Of a DNA stretch of 64,000 bases, positions 30,032-39,025 are shown one piece after another (the stretch's first letter is position 1; each line of letters opens with the position of its first letter). Source of the DNA: an uncultured Solirubrobacterales bacterium. Its GTDB lineage: Bacteria > Actinomycetota > Thermoleophilia > Solirubrobacterales > 70-9. A model generated the notes under the pieces. That model had not been told where the DNA came from, searched no databases, and saw only the letters and a program-made list of their open reading frames with translations. Position numbers and translations under genes: made by a program. The DNA lies in contig CAWCOY010000005.1 in assembly GCA_963797265.1 (NCBI GenBank), forward strand, positions 111,544 through 175,543. The letters are read 5' to 3'.

Positions 30032-32297
30032 CCTGCCCGGCGGGCTCCAGGGCGAGGTCGAGCACCTCGCCGATGCCCATCACCGGGTGGAAGGTCATCT
30101 GCTCGCGAACCTCCTCGGGGACGTCGTCGAGGTCGCCTCGGTTTCGCTCCGGGAGGATCACCTCGGTGAGGCCGGCGGCGTGCGCCGCAAGGACCTTCTG
30201 CTTGAGGCCGCCGATCGGCAGCACCCGGCCCTGCAGGGTGACCTCGCCGGTCATCCCAACCGTGTGCTTCACCGGGCGTCCGCTCAGCAGCGAGGCCAGC
30301 GCGGTGGTCATCGCCGTCCCGGCGCTCGGGCCGTCCTTAGGGATCGCCCCCGCCGGGACGTGAACGTGGAACTCGCGCTTGAAGGCGTCCGAGTCGATGC
30401 CGAGCTCGTCCGCGTGGGCGCTGACGTAGGAGAGCGCGATCCGCGCCGATTCCTTCATCACGTCGCCCAGCTGACCAGTCAGCACCAGGCCCTTCTCGCC
30501 CTCGGTCCCCGTCGCCTCGATGAAGAGGACGTCGCCGCCGGTCCCGGTCACCGCCAGTCCGGTGGCCACGCCGGGGATCGCGGTGCGCTCGACGGACTCC
30601 TGGAAGAAGCGCTGGCGCCCGAGAGCATCGACGACGGCGTCGGGATCGATGACGACCGGCGCCTCCGCCTCGCCCGCGGCGATGCGCGTCGCCGCGCGGC
30701 GCAGGAGCTTGCCGAGCTCACGCTCGAGCTGGCGTACCCCGGCCTCGCGGGTGTACTCGGTGATCACCTTGCGCAGGATGGCGTCGGAGGCCTCGACCTC
30801 TTCGTCGCGAAGCCCGTTCCGATTCACCTGGCGCGGCCAGAGGTAGCCGCGCGCGATTGCCAGCTTCTCCTCGGTGGTGTACCCGTCGAAGCTGATCACC
30901 TCCATGCGGTCGAGCAGGGGGGCTGGGATGGTGTCGAGGATGTTCGCGGTGGCCAGGAAGACGACCTCCGAGAGGTCCACCTCGACGTCGAGGTAGTGGT
31001 CGCGGAAGGAGTGGTTCTGCGCCGGGTCGAGGACCTCGAGCAGGGCGGCCGAGGGGTCGCCTCGCCAATCGGCTCCAACCTTGTCGACCTCGTCGAGCAG
31101 GATCACCGGGTTCATGGTCTTCGCATCGCGCAGGGCGCGGACGATCCGGCCCGGGAGGGCCCCGATGTAGGTGCGGCGGTGTCCGCGGATCTCGGCCTCG
31201 TCGTGGATGCCGCCCAGTGAGAGGCGCACGAACTCGCGACCCAGTGAGCGGGCCACGGACTCGCCGATCGAGGTCTTGCCCGTACCAGGCGGTCCGACCA
31301 GCGTCAGGATCGCGCCGCTGGCGCGGCTGTCGTCCTCGATCTTGCGCTCCTTGCGCAGCTTCTGAACGGCGATGAACTCGGTGATGCGCCGCTTCACGTC
31401 CTCGAGGCCGGCATGGTCATCGTCGAGGACCTCGCGGGTGTGCTTCGGATCGAGCCGTTCCTCGGAGCGCTTCGACCACGGCACAGCCAGCAGCCAGTCG
31501 AGGTAGCTGCGGATCATCGATGACTCGGGCGACTGCTCGCCCTGGCGCTCGAGCCGCCGGAGCTCCTTCTCGGCCTGCTCGGCGACCGCCTCGGGCATCT
31601 CGGCCTCGGCGATCTTGGTCTCGTACTCGGAGATCACGTCTCCCTCGTCCTCGCCGAGCTCCTTGCGGATCGACTCCATCTGCTTGCGCAGGAAGTACTC
31701 GCGCTGCTGGGCCTGCGCGCCGGACTCGACGTCGTCGCGAATCCTGCGGCGGACCTGCAGCTCGGCCAGGCGCTCGCGCTGCATCTCGATCGCCAGCTCG
31801 AGGCGAGCCGTGACGTCGACGGTCTCGATCAGCTTCAGCTTCTGCTCAGGCGAGAGATCGGGGCTGTAGCCGGCCGTGTCGGCCAGGGCGCCCGGCTCCT
31901 CGATCGAGCGCAGGAACGCGCCGATGCGCTCATCGGCGTTGCGCAGCTCGAGTATCTCCTCGACGACGGCGCGGTACTCGTGCATGAGCTCGCTGATGCG
32001 CTCATCGTCTGGATGGCCGTCGTGGATCTCCTGCACCTCGACGCGCAGCTGCTCGCCGTCGGCGGGCTCCGCCGCACCGGCCAGGCCGCGGTGCAGCCCG
32101 ACCACGGTGGTCACGTGGGCGCCGCCCGGCAGCTGGCCGCGCTCGATCACCTCGGCGACCACGCCGATGCGGCCGAACTCGCCGTTCTGGCGGGGAAGCA
32201 GGAAGACGCGATCCTCGTCACCGGTGTCGACCGGCAGCGTCGCGGTTATCGAGGGGAAGACGATTGCTTCGTCAAGTGGGATCAGAAGAAGGCTCAT
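30006..32297 (-). CDS. lon: ATP-dependent Lon protease, paralog 2
   Basis: 763 aa from an internal ATG (MSLLLIPLDEAIVFP). Walker A GPPGTGKTS, PKDGPSAGTAM, GGLKQKVLAA. Confidence 0.9.
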   Translation of the reverse strand: MSLLLIPLDEAIVFPSITATLPVDTGDEDRVFLLPRQNGEFGRIGVVAEVIERGQLPGGAHVTTVVGLHRGLAGAAEPADGEQLRVEVQEIHDGHPDDERISELMHEYRAVVEEILELRNADERIGAFLRSIEEPGALADTAGYSPDLSPEQKLKLIETVDVTARLELAIEMQRERLAELQVRRRIRDDVESGAQAQQREYFLRKQMESIRKELGEDEGDVISEYETKIAEAEMPEAVAEQAEKELRRLERQGEQSPESSMIRSYLDWLLAVPWSKRSEERLDPKHTREVLDDDHAGLEDVKRRITEFIAVQKLRKERKIEDDSRASGAILTLVGPPGTGKTSIGESVARSLGREFVRLSLGGIHDEAEIRGHRRTYIGALPGRIVRALRDAKTMNPVILLDEVDKVGADWRGDPSAALLEVLDPAQNHSFRDHYLDVEVDLSEVVFLATANILDTIPAPLLDRMEVISFDGYTTEEKLAIARGYLWPRQVNRNGLRDEEVEASDAILRKVITEYTREAGVRQLERELGKLLRRAATRIAAGEAEAPVVIDPDAVVDALGRQRFFQESVERTAIPGVATGLAVTGTGGDVLFIEATGTEGEKGLVLTGQLGDVMKESARIALSYVSAHADELGIDSDAFKREFHVHVPAGAIPKDGPSAGTAMTTALASLLSGRPVKHTVGMTGEVTLQGRVLPIGGLKQKVLAAHAAGLTEVILPERNRGDLDDVPEEVREQMTFHPVMGIGEVLDLALEPAGQGADVAAVS

Positions 32298-32366
32298 GGG
32301 CAGTCCAATTTCTGTAGTTGGTACAGAGAGAGGATAGCCAATCGATGTCACTAGTCTGCGACCGCG

Positions 32367-33068
32367 ATGGCGAGCGTCCACATCCTGGTGCCGGCCCAGC
32401 GCTACGTCTTCGCGGTCTCCAACGGCGAGGCGGACGCAGCGACGATCGACAGCTCCGCCGAGGGGTTCCAGCGCTACAAGTCGCTGCAGGAGGGCGGCCG
32501 GACCACCGGGATGATCGCCTTCCCGAACACCCTTTTGATCCGGGGCGAGCGCGATTACCTCGTCGACCCCGGCCTGATCATGCAGGGCGCGCCCGTGCTC
32601 GGCGCCCTGGCGGAGCTCGGGGTCGATCCAAATGAGGTCAAGGACGTGATCCTCACGCACCTGCACTTCGACCATGCCGAAGGGCTGGCGGGCTGGCCTA
32701 TGCGCCGCACCTACGTCCACAAGATCGAGACCGAGGCGCCCTACGCGCAGCTCGTCTCCGGGGTCCTCGAGATGGCGAACCTGGAGGTGGTCGAGGGGGA
32801 TGAGGGCGAGATCGAGCCCGGCCTGCGCTGGATCCGCACCCCTGGGCATAGCGATGGCCTGATCTCGCTGCTCGTCGACACCGACGACGGTCTGGTGGTG
32901 ATCGCCTCTGACTGTGTCGGACCGCTGCCCGAGTACTTCGATCAGATGGACCTGCCCGAGGACTTCGGCCCGGAGCGCGACGAGCTGCTGCGCCAGTGGA
33001 AGCGCATCCGCGACCTCGATCCCGCGGTCGTGATCCCGGGACACAACCCGCCCGTCAAGCTGCGCTAG
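32367..33068 (+). CDS. MBL-fold metallo-hydrolase (lactonase-like)
   Basis: LTHLHFDHAEG motif, a later TPGHSDG, and PGH near the C-terminus. Confidence 0.8.
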   Translation: MASVHILVPAQRYVFAVSNGEADAATIDSSAEGFQRYKSLQEGGRTTGMIAFPNTLLIRGERDYLVDPGLIMQGAPVLGALAELGVDPNEVKDVILTHLHFDHAEGLAGWPMRRTYVHKIETEAPYAQLVSGVLEMANLEVVEGDEGEIEPGLRWIRTPGHSDGLISLLVDTDDGLVVIASDCVGPLPEYFDQMDLPEDFGPERDELLRQWKRIRDLDPAVVIPGHNPPVKLR

Positions 33069-33112
33069 CACCCGCAAGCTGTCCAGCCAGCCAAGGTCCT
33101 AGAGTTCGGGCC

Positions 33113-33715
33113 GTGGAGGCCACGAAGACGCGCGAGCTGAGCGGGGAGAAGGCGCAGCGAATCGTCGAGGCGATGCGCTCCAGCGTCGCCCGGCGGGGCA
33201 TCGCCGGCTCCACCTTCGAGCACGTCGCCCGGGAGGCCGGGGTCAGCCGGGGGCTGCTCCACTACTACTTCGGCACCAAGGAGGCACTGCTGGTCGAGGT
33301 CGTCCGGCGGGACACCGAGCACCGCATCGCCCGCCTCGACGAGCCGCTGGGCAAGGCCGGATCCGTGGACGAGGTGCTCGAGATCCTGGTTGCCGACCTC
33401 GAGGACTCGATCCAGAACGAGCCCGGGTTCTGGGTGCTGCTCTTCGACCTGTTCACGGCCGGGCGCCGCAATCCCGAGATCCAGCGCGAGGTCGGGGAGC
33501 TGTTCAACCGCACCCGCGACCACGTCGTGGAGATCCTCCGAGCCAAGCAGGCCGAGGGCGTGATCTCGCCGCGATTCGACATCAACTCGGTCGTGGCGCT
33601 GCTCTTCGCGATGGCTGACGGGATCGCGCTCCAGGTCCTCTCCGATCCCGAGCGAGATCACACCGACGTGATCGCGGCGGGCACGCAAGCGGCTCGGCAC
33701 ATCCTCGCGGGCTGA
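33113..33715 (+). CDS. TetR/AcrR family transcriptional regulator
   Basis: HTH FEHVAREAGVSRGLLHYYFGTKEALL. A GTG start was chosen to avoid overlap with the upstream gene. Confidence 0.85.
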   Translation: MEATKTRELSGEKAQRIVEAMRSSVARRGIAGSTFEHVAREAGVSRGLLHYYFGTKEALLVEVVRRDTEHRIARLDEPLGKAGSVDEVLEILVADLEDSIQNEPGFWVLLFDLFTAGRRNPEIQREVGELFNRTRDHVVEILRAKQAEGVISPRFDINSVVALLFAMADGIALQVLSDPERDHTDVIAAGTQAARHILAG

Positions 33716-33740
33716 CCCGCCACCAGGCCAGGATGCCCCG

Positions 33741-34841
33741 ATGATCTGGCAGGAGCCCGCCAAGGGCGGATACCCGGATCGCTCGTTCCTTGCGCTGCCC
33801 GGGATCGAGCGGATGACCGCCGGACGGCGGGGACGGATTCCCTACTCGCCGATGGGCTACCTGACCGAGCTCCAGATGACCGAGGCCTCGCGCGGGCACT
33901 CCACCTTCTCGATGCCGGCATCGCCCTGGTTCGCGAACTCCTCCGGCCTGATCTCGGGGGGCGTGCTCGCCGTGATCGGCGACGCCGCGCTCGGCTCGGT
34001 GGTGCACTCGGACGTCGGCTCCGGGCAGGGGATGACGACGGCGGAGCTCTCGATGTCGTTTCTACGGCCGGTCGTGCCGAAGCGCGGTGCGCTAGTCACC
34101 GGGTCCGGGCAGCTGATCCACCGAGGGCGTTCGCTGGGGATCTCGGAGGCCTTCCTGTTCGACGACGACGACCAGCTGATCTCGCACGGCACGACGCGAT
34201 GCACCGTCTTTCCTCCGGTGGACCCGGTGCCGGACCCACCCGACGATGACGCCCCGGTCGCCGACGGCGAGCCGCCCGGCAGCGACCCGAGCGACCCGCT
34301 GCGGAGGGAGCTCGAGGGCGAGGTGCTGCCACAGGAGATCTTCGAGAGCCGGGGCGGGCTCGAGATCCTCCGGGACGTGATCGGCGGTGAGCTGCCGCGG
34401 CCGCCGATCTACCACCTCACCGGCCTCCGGCTGACCGAGGCCGCCAAGGGCGCGGCAACCGTCGAGCTGCCCTGCAGCAAGTGGCTCTCGACCTCGGCCG
34501 GGACGATCCAGGGTGGCTTCACGGCGATGCTGGCCGAGAGTGCGATGGGCGCGGCGGCCTTCAGCACGGTTCAGCCCGGCACCGCGGTCGCCAGCCTGGA
34601 CCTGAAGGTGAACTACCTGCGGCCCGTCTTCCCGGACGGCGAGCCGATCGTCGCCCAGGCACGGATCATCCATCAGGGCCGGACCCTCGCGGTGACGACG
34701 GTGGGGATCACCAACGCCGAGGGCAAGCAGGTGGCCCTCGCCACCGGCTCCTCGATGTACCTGCCGGGCAGGCCGGCGAATCTCGTCGGGGTCGAACTGG
34801 GCTCCGGATCCTCCGACCCCGAGGACGATCCCGGGGCGTAG
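33741..34841 (+). CDS. tandem (double) hotdog-fold PaaI-family thioesterase
   Basis: Two PaaI-like halves (...GGVLAVIGDAALG...GRSLGISEA... and ...GGFTAMLAESAMG...GRTLAVTT...) joined by a Pro/Asp-rich linker. Confidence 0.8.
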   Translation: MIWQEPAKGGYPDRSFLALPGIERMTAGRRGRIPYSPMGYLTELQMTEASRGHSTFSMPASPWFANSSGLISGGVLAVIGDAALGSVVHSDVGSGQGMTTAELSMSFLRPVVPKRGALVTGSGQLIHRGRSLGISEAFLFDDDDQLISHGTTRCTVFPPVDPVPDPPDDDAPVADGEPPGSDPSDPLRRELEGEVLPQEIFESRGGLEILRDVIGGELPRPPIYHLTGLRLTEAAKGAATVELPCSKWLSTSAGTIQGGFTAMLAESAMGAAAFSTVQPGTAVASLDLKVNYLRPVFPDGEPIVAQARIIHQGRTLAVTTVGITNAEGKQVALATGSSMYLPGRPANLVGVELGSGSSDPEDDPGA

Positions 34842-34851
34842 GATCGGCCTT

Positions 34852-35208
34852 GTGGGACTGTTCGGCTTCCTGCGGAAGGACGACGAGCGCGCGATGCCGG
34901 AGCCGGGTACCCCCGAGTTCGAGGCGATGGTGAAGGGCTCGGCCATACCCGATTCGCGGAGCGTCTCCATGGGCGAGGAGGGCTGGACCCAACCTGGGTC
35001 CTCGCAGTCGATCGACCTGCGCGGCACCGGCAAGCGGGAGGAGATCCAGGAAGTGCTGCGCGAGCACGGGATCGATCCCGACCAGAAGGGTCAGACGATC
35101 GACGCCTCGCAGGTCCCGGGCCTGAGGGAGGCCCTGATCAAGGCCTTGTTTCGCGGTGTGCCGAACTCCGGCGGGATCGGCGGTGGAATCCCGAAGAAGC
35201 GGGACTAG
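34852..35208 (+). CDS. hypothetical protein
   Basis: 118-aa ORF with a GTG start and no recognisable motif. Confidence 0.4.
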   Translation: MGLFGFLRKDDERAMPEPGTPEFEAMVKGSAIPDSRSVSMGEEGWTQPGSSQSIDLRGTGKREEIQEVLREHGIDPDQKGQTIDASQVPGLREALIKALFRGVPNSGGIGGGIPKKRD

Positions 35209-35218
35209 TTCGCCGTCG

Positions 35219-35259
35219 CCGGGCGCCTTTTCAACCTCCTATGCCGAAAAAGCGCCCGG
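35219..35259 (+). repeat. repeat family 1 copy 4 (CCGGGCGCCTTTTC-loop AACCTCCTATGCC-GAAAAAGCGCCCGG)
   Basis: 13 of 14 arm positions pair. Lies in a convergent gap. Confidence 0.7.
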
Positions 35260-35268
35260 GGCGCGTGA

Positions 35269-36552
35269 CTACTCGACCGGTGCGGCGCGCGGCGGGAAGA
35301 TCTTCTGCATCCGCGCCAGCTGGCGCAGCGAGCCGCGCGGCTTGAGCTTGCGGCGCAGGATGGCCCGGCGGGCGTCCTGACCGCGGATCGAGATGTCGAC
35401 CCAGTCGGCCCAGCTCGTGCGGAGCGTGACGTCGGCTTTCTCCGCCAGCCCCGGCGCCGAGCTGGTGGAGCCGTTGTCGATGCGGACGTGCCACGGCTCG
35501 GCATCCTCGAAGCGCCACTGGATCGTCACCGGCCGGTCGACGGTGTCGGTGCGGGCCGAGCGGGCGACGACGTCGAAGAGGATCTCCTCCACCTCGTGGT
35601 CGACCTTGGGCCTGCCGTTGGGCTCACCCAGGACGCCCGCCTTGAGCAGCTTGATCTGGCGCTCGGCGCGCTGCTCGTGCGGCATCTCGGGGTCGAAGGG
35701 GTAGACGCCGGGCATCTCCGAGAGCGGATAGCCCGTCGCCTTCCACTTCATCTCGACGGACTTCATGCCGAACGCGTAGATCTGCGGGAGCGTGAAGCCG
35801 TATTCCGTCGTGTAACGCTCGTCCCAGCCGGGCGGGACGAAGACCCCGGTCACGTAAGGCAGGACCTCGCGGAGCAGCTCGGCGACCGCTTCCTTGCACT
35901 CCTCCGACTCCTCGAAGAGCTCGGAGAGCACCTTGACGCCGAAGCCGATGTGGCGCTGCTCGTCGCGGGAGACCTTCTCCATCCCCGCGCTGAAGCCGGG
36001 CATCGTCCCGGCCTTCGCGAAGAAGTCCTCGATGAAGTGCTGCCCGGGCTGGGCCATGGTCGCCTCGATGACCATGTGGTAGAGCGTGATCGCCTGGGCG
36101 AACTTGGGGAGGGAGCGGTCGTGGTGGAGCTCCTCCACCATCCGCTCGAGCCGGCCGAAGACGTTGCGATAGCCCCAGCCGAGGTTGGACTCGGTGAACT
36201 CGAGGCCGGCAGCGATGTCCCCCTCGACCCCGATCACTTCCTTGAAGAAGCGATGGAAGAAGACGGCGTGGCGGGCCTCGTCGACCTGCTGCGTGGCGAG
36301 GAAGTACTTCTGCTCCTCCTTGGGGGCGGCCTCGATGTAGGGGGAGAGGCCGTCGGCCACCGCGTCCTCGCCGTAGAAGAACATCGAGTAGATCCAGTGC
36401 GCTGACTTCCGCTGGATGTCGTTGAGGGAGTCCCAGCCCTTGCGGTCCTCGGAGAAGTCGAGCTCGGTCGCCTTCCAGTTCCCCTCCTCCCAGCGGCGGT
36501 ATAGGTCGTCGTAGGTGATCTGCTGGACGATGCTCTGCTGGGCGACCGACAT
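35269..36552 (-). CDS. ferritin-like di-metal carboxylate protein of the ribonucleotide reductase R2 / R2-like oxidase family fused to a C-terminal SCP2 sterol-carrier domain
   Basis: ExxH motifs VDEARH and RDEQRH plus Glu in VIEATM. The last ~100 aa (VTIQWRFED...ADVTLRTSWADWVDI..G...A..A.LRRKLK.RG) are SCP2-like. RBS GAGGAGG. Confidence 0.8.
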   Translation of the reverse strand: MSVAQQSIVQQITYDDLYRRWEEGNWKATELDFSEDRKGWDSLNDIQRKSAHWIYSMFFYGEDAVADGLSPYIEAAPKEEQKYFLATQQVDEARHAVFFHRFFKEVIGVEGDIAAGLEFTESNLGWGYRNVFGRLERMVEELHHDRSLPKFAQAITLYHMVIEATMAQPGQHFIEDFFAKAGTMPGFSAGMEKVSRDEQRHIGFGVKVLSELFEESEECKEAVAELLREVLPYVTGVFVPPGWDERYTTEYGFTLPQIYAFGMKSVEMKWKATGYPLSEMPGVYPFDPEMPHEQRAERQIKLLKAGVLGEPNGRPKVDHEVEEILFDVVARSARTDTVDRPVTIQWRFEDAEPWHVRIDNGSTSSAPGLAEKADVTLRTSWADWVDISIRGQDARRAILRRKLKPRGSLRQLARMQKIFPPRAAPVE

Positions 36553-36598
36553 GAGTGCCTCCTCTGGATTCCGCGTGACTCGTGACCTATAGTAACTG

Positions 36599-36612
36599 AC
36601 TGACTAGTCAGT
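36599..36612. promoter_or_regulatory. perfect 14-bp palindrome ACTGACTAGTCAGT (candidate TetR operator)
   Basis: Lies in the 67-bp divergent gap and ends 7 nt before the TetR GTG. A partial outer extension reads TAACTG...TTAGTA. Confidence 0.55.
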
Positions 36613-36619
36613 TAGTACC

Positions 36620-37270
36620 GTGAGTCCCATCACACAGACAAAGACCGCGCCCGCCCGCTCCCGGATGAGCGCCGCGGATCGACGCGAGGCGATCCTCGAT
36701 GCCGCCCGCTATGCCTTCGCCGAGCGGGGCTACCACGAGACCTCCCTCGACTCCGTCGCGGAGCGCGCGGGGGTCTCGAAGGCTCTCCTCTACGAGCACT
36801 TCGCATCGAAGCGGGAGCTCTACGTGGCGATGCTCGAGATGCACGTGCACGAGCTTGTCGAGCGGATCAGCGGCGCGGTTGCAGGCGCGGAGCCCGGCGA
36901 GGCGCGGATGCGGGCCGGCGTAGAGGCGTTCTTCGGCTTCGTCGACGAGCGGCGTGGCGCCTGGCGGATCATGTTCCGGAACGCCAGCGATCCCGACGTC
37001 GCGGTGCGACTCGACCGCCTCCGTGACGAGGTCGCCGCCGCGATCATCCAGCTGATGAGTGAGGAGGCCGAGCGGAAGGGGCTCGACTTCCCAAAGCTCC
37101 CTCAGATGGTCGAGATGATCGCCCAGCAGCTGGTGGGCGCCATGCAGTCGCTGGCCGACTGGTGGGACCTACATCGAAAGGTGCCGAAGGGGGAGGTCGT
37201 CCAGGCCGCGATGGACTTCGCCTGGATCGGGCAGGAGCGGGTCAGCCGGGGTGAGCGCTGGAAGCCCTGA
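36620..37270 (+). CDS. TetR/AcrR family transcriptional regulator
   Basis: HTH LDSVAERAGVSKALLYEHFASKRELY; 216 aa. Confidence 0.9.
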   Translation: MSPITQTKTAPARSRMSAADRREAILDAARYAFAERGYHETSLDSVAERAGVSKALLYEHFASKRELYVAMLEMHVHELVERISGAVAGAEPGEARMRAGVEAFFGFVDERRGAWRIMFRNASDPDVAVRLDRLRDEVAAAIIQLMSEEAERKGLDFPKLPQMVEMIAQQLVGAMQSLADWWDLHRKVPKGEVVQAAMDFAWIGQERVSRGERWKP

Positions 37271-37271
37271 C

Positions 37272-37643
37272 TCAGGGCAGTTGCGGGATCAGACCATGAG
37301 CCTGGGCGAAGTTGGTCAGCGCGGCGGCGTACTGGGCGTAGCCCGCTTGGCTGGGATGGATCCCGCTGTCGGCGTCGATGATCCACGGCGGGCCTGAGCA
37401 AAAGTCGTAATCGGAGGCGGTGAAGAAGTCCTGCGTCAGGTCGGACTGGTGGCTCGGGCCGTCGGAGTCGAATACCTCGTCACAGTCATAGTTGCCTGTC
37501 CAGCTGTCGTGGATGGTCGGCGGCAGGCCCGTGTTGAAGCGGGGAAGCTTGGTGGGATCGGCGTCCGCGGGATCGACCCGGGCCTCGATCATGAACAGCC
37601 GTGCGGCCTGAGCGGTGGGCACGTGATCCTTCGTGTTCGCCAC
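37272..37643 (-). pseudogene. C-terminal fragment of an SGNH/GDSL-type hydrolase (N-terminal catalytic Ser block absent)
   Basis: The ORF ends with ...DFCSGPPWIIDADSGIHPSQAGYAQYAAAL, resembling SGNH block V (D-x-x-HP). Nothing like a GDS(L) block is upstream in this frame. Confidence 0.45.
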
Positions 37644-38032
37644 AGGCCCAGCATCTTCACCCCACCCATCACTCTCGCGTATGAGGGAACGAAGACCGCG
37701 GCGAGTCCGAAGGCAAGTCCGGCGAACACACGGCCGGTCGCCGGGACGGCGAAGCTGTCTCCCGCCGCGAAGATCACGTTGCCGACAATCGAGAGCAGGC
37801 AGCAGGCCCAGATTCCCGACAGGACGCGGATTCTGCGCGCTAGGGCCGCGCCAGCGAGGCTGCCGACCGCCGATCCCGCGAAGAAGAAGGCCCCGGAGAC
37901 CAGGCCGACTTCCCCCAGGGTGATGTCGAAGTCACGCGTCAGTGAGCCGACGACCGGCCCGACGTTGCCGCAGTTCCAACCGGTGATCGCTAGGGCGATG
38001 ACGAAGACGCCGATGCTCCGGCGGGCGCTCAC
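37589..38032 (-). pseudogene. N-terminal fragment (about four TM helices) of an MFS transporter
   Basis: MFS-like start IGVFVIALAITGW...GSLAGAALARRIRV...GRVFAGLAFG. The frame then runs into non-membrane sequence and stops after 147 aa. Confidence 0.45.
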
Positions 38033-38083
38033 GGGGTTGCCTTCTACCGGAGACGGCGGATAGGGTCGCGGCGTGCTCAGTCC

Positions 38084-39016
38084 ATGACGGATCACGTGAT
38101 CGACCCGGAGCGGATCCACCACAAGTGGGACAACAGCCTCGAACCAACCCTGGTGGTCCAGCCCGGAGACAGCGTCGCCTTCGGGCTGGCGATGTCGGCC
38201 CAGGGACAGGTCGAGCGCGGTGCGGGTTTCGACCGCACGAGCTTTGACATCGACACCCTTTACAACCTGCTCGGCCCCGTACTTGTGCAGGGGGCCCGGC
38301 CTGGGGACACCCTCGAGGTCGAAATACTCAGCCTGACCCCGGGAGAGTGGGGGTGGACCGCGATCCTGCCGGGGGAGGGCCTGCTGCCGGAGGATTTCCC
38401 GGAGCCGTTCCTAAAAACCTTCGAGCTCGGTGGCCGATCGCGGGCGGAACTCGCTCCCGGTATCGAGATCCCCATACAGCCCTTTCTGGGAACCATGGGC
38501 ACCCACCCAGATGAGGCGGGCATCCATGACGTGTTGCCGCCGCACAAGGGTGGCGGGAACATCGATGCCCGGCATCTGAAGCAGGGGACGACACTGTGGC
38601 TGCCCGTCTGGTGCGACGGCGCGCTCTTCTCCTGCGGCGATCCACATGCCCTGCAGGGGGACGGAGAGGTATGCGTCTCGGCCATCGAATGCGACATGGA
38701 CGCCGAGCTTCGCTTCGATCTGCGCAAGTCCGCGATCGGCGCGCCGCGATTCTTTGTGCCGAGCCCGCTGACGCCGCGCACCGATACCCACGGCCACCTC
38801 GGGACGATGGGGATCGGGCCGGACCTGATGGAGGGGGCCAAGACGGCCGTCCGCGAGATGATCGACCTCGTCGTCGAGCGCTGGGACCTGGGCCGCGAGG
38901 ATGCCTACATGCTCTGCAGCCTCGCCGGCGATCTAAAGATCCTCGAGATCGTCGACGGCGGCAGCTGGAACGTCGGCTTCACTCTTCCACTGGAGGTGTT
39001 CGAGTCGGAAGGCTGA
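38084..39016 (+). CDS. acetamidase/formamidase family protein
   Basis: GPV.V.GA.PGD.LEV and GGN.D......G..L.LPV...GALFS.GD.HA.QGDGEV patterns. Confidence 0.85.
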   Translation: MTDHVIDPERIHHKWDNSLEPTLVVQPGDSVAFGLAMSAQGQVERGAGFDRTSFDIDTLYNLLGPVLVQGARPGDTLEVEILSLTPGEWGWTAILPGEGLLPEDFPEPFLKTFELGGRSRAELAPGIEIPIQPFLGTMGTHPDEAGIHDVLPPHKGGGNIDARHLKQGTTLWLPVWCDGALFSCGDPHALQGDGEVCVSAIECDMDAELRFDLRKSAIGAPRFFVPSPLTPRTDTHGHLGTMGIGPDLMEGAKTAVREMIDLVVERWDLGREDAYMLCSLAGDLKILEIVDGGSWNVGFTLPLEVFESEG

Positions 39017-39025
39017 GAGCCCGGC

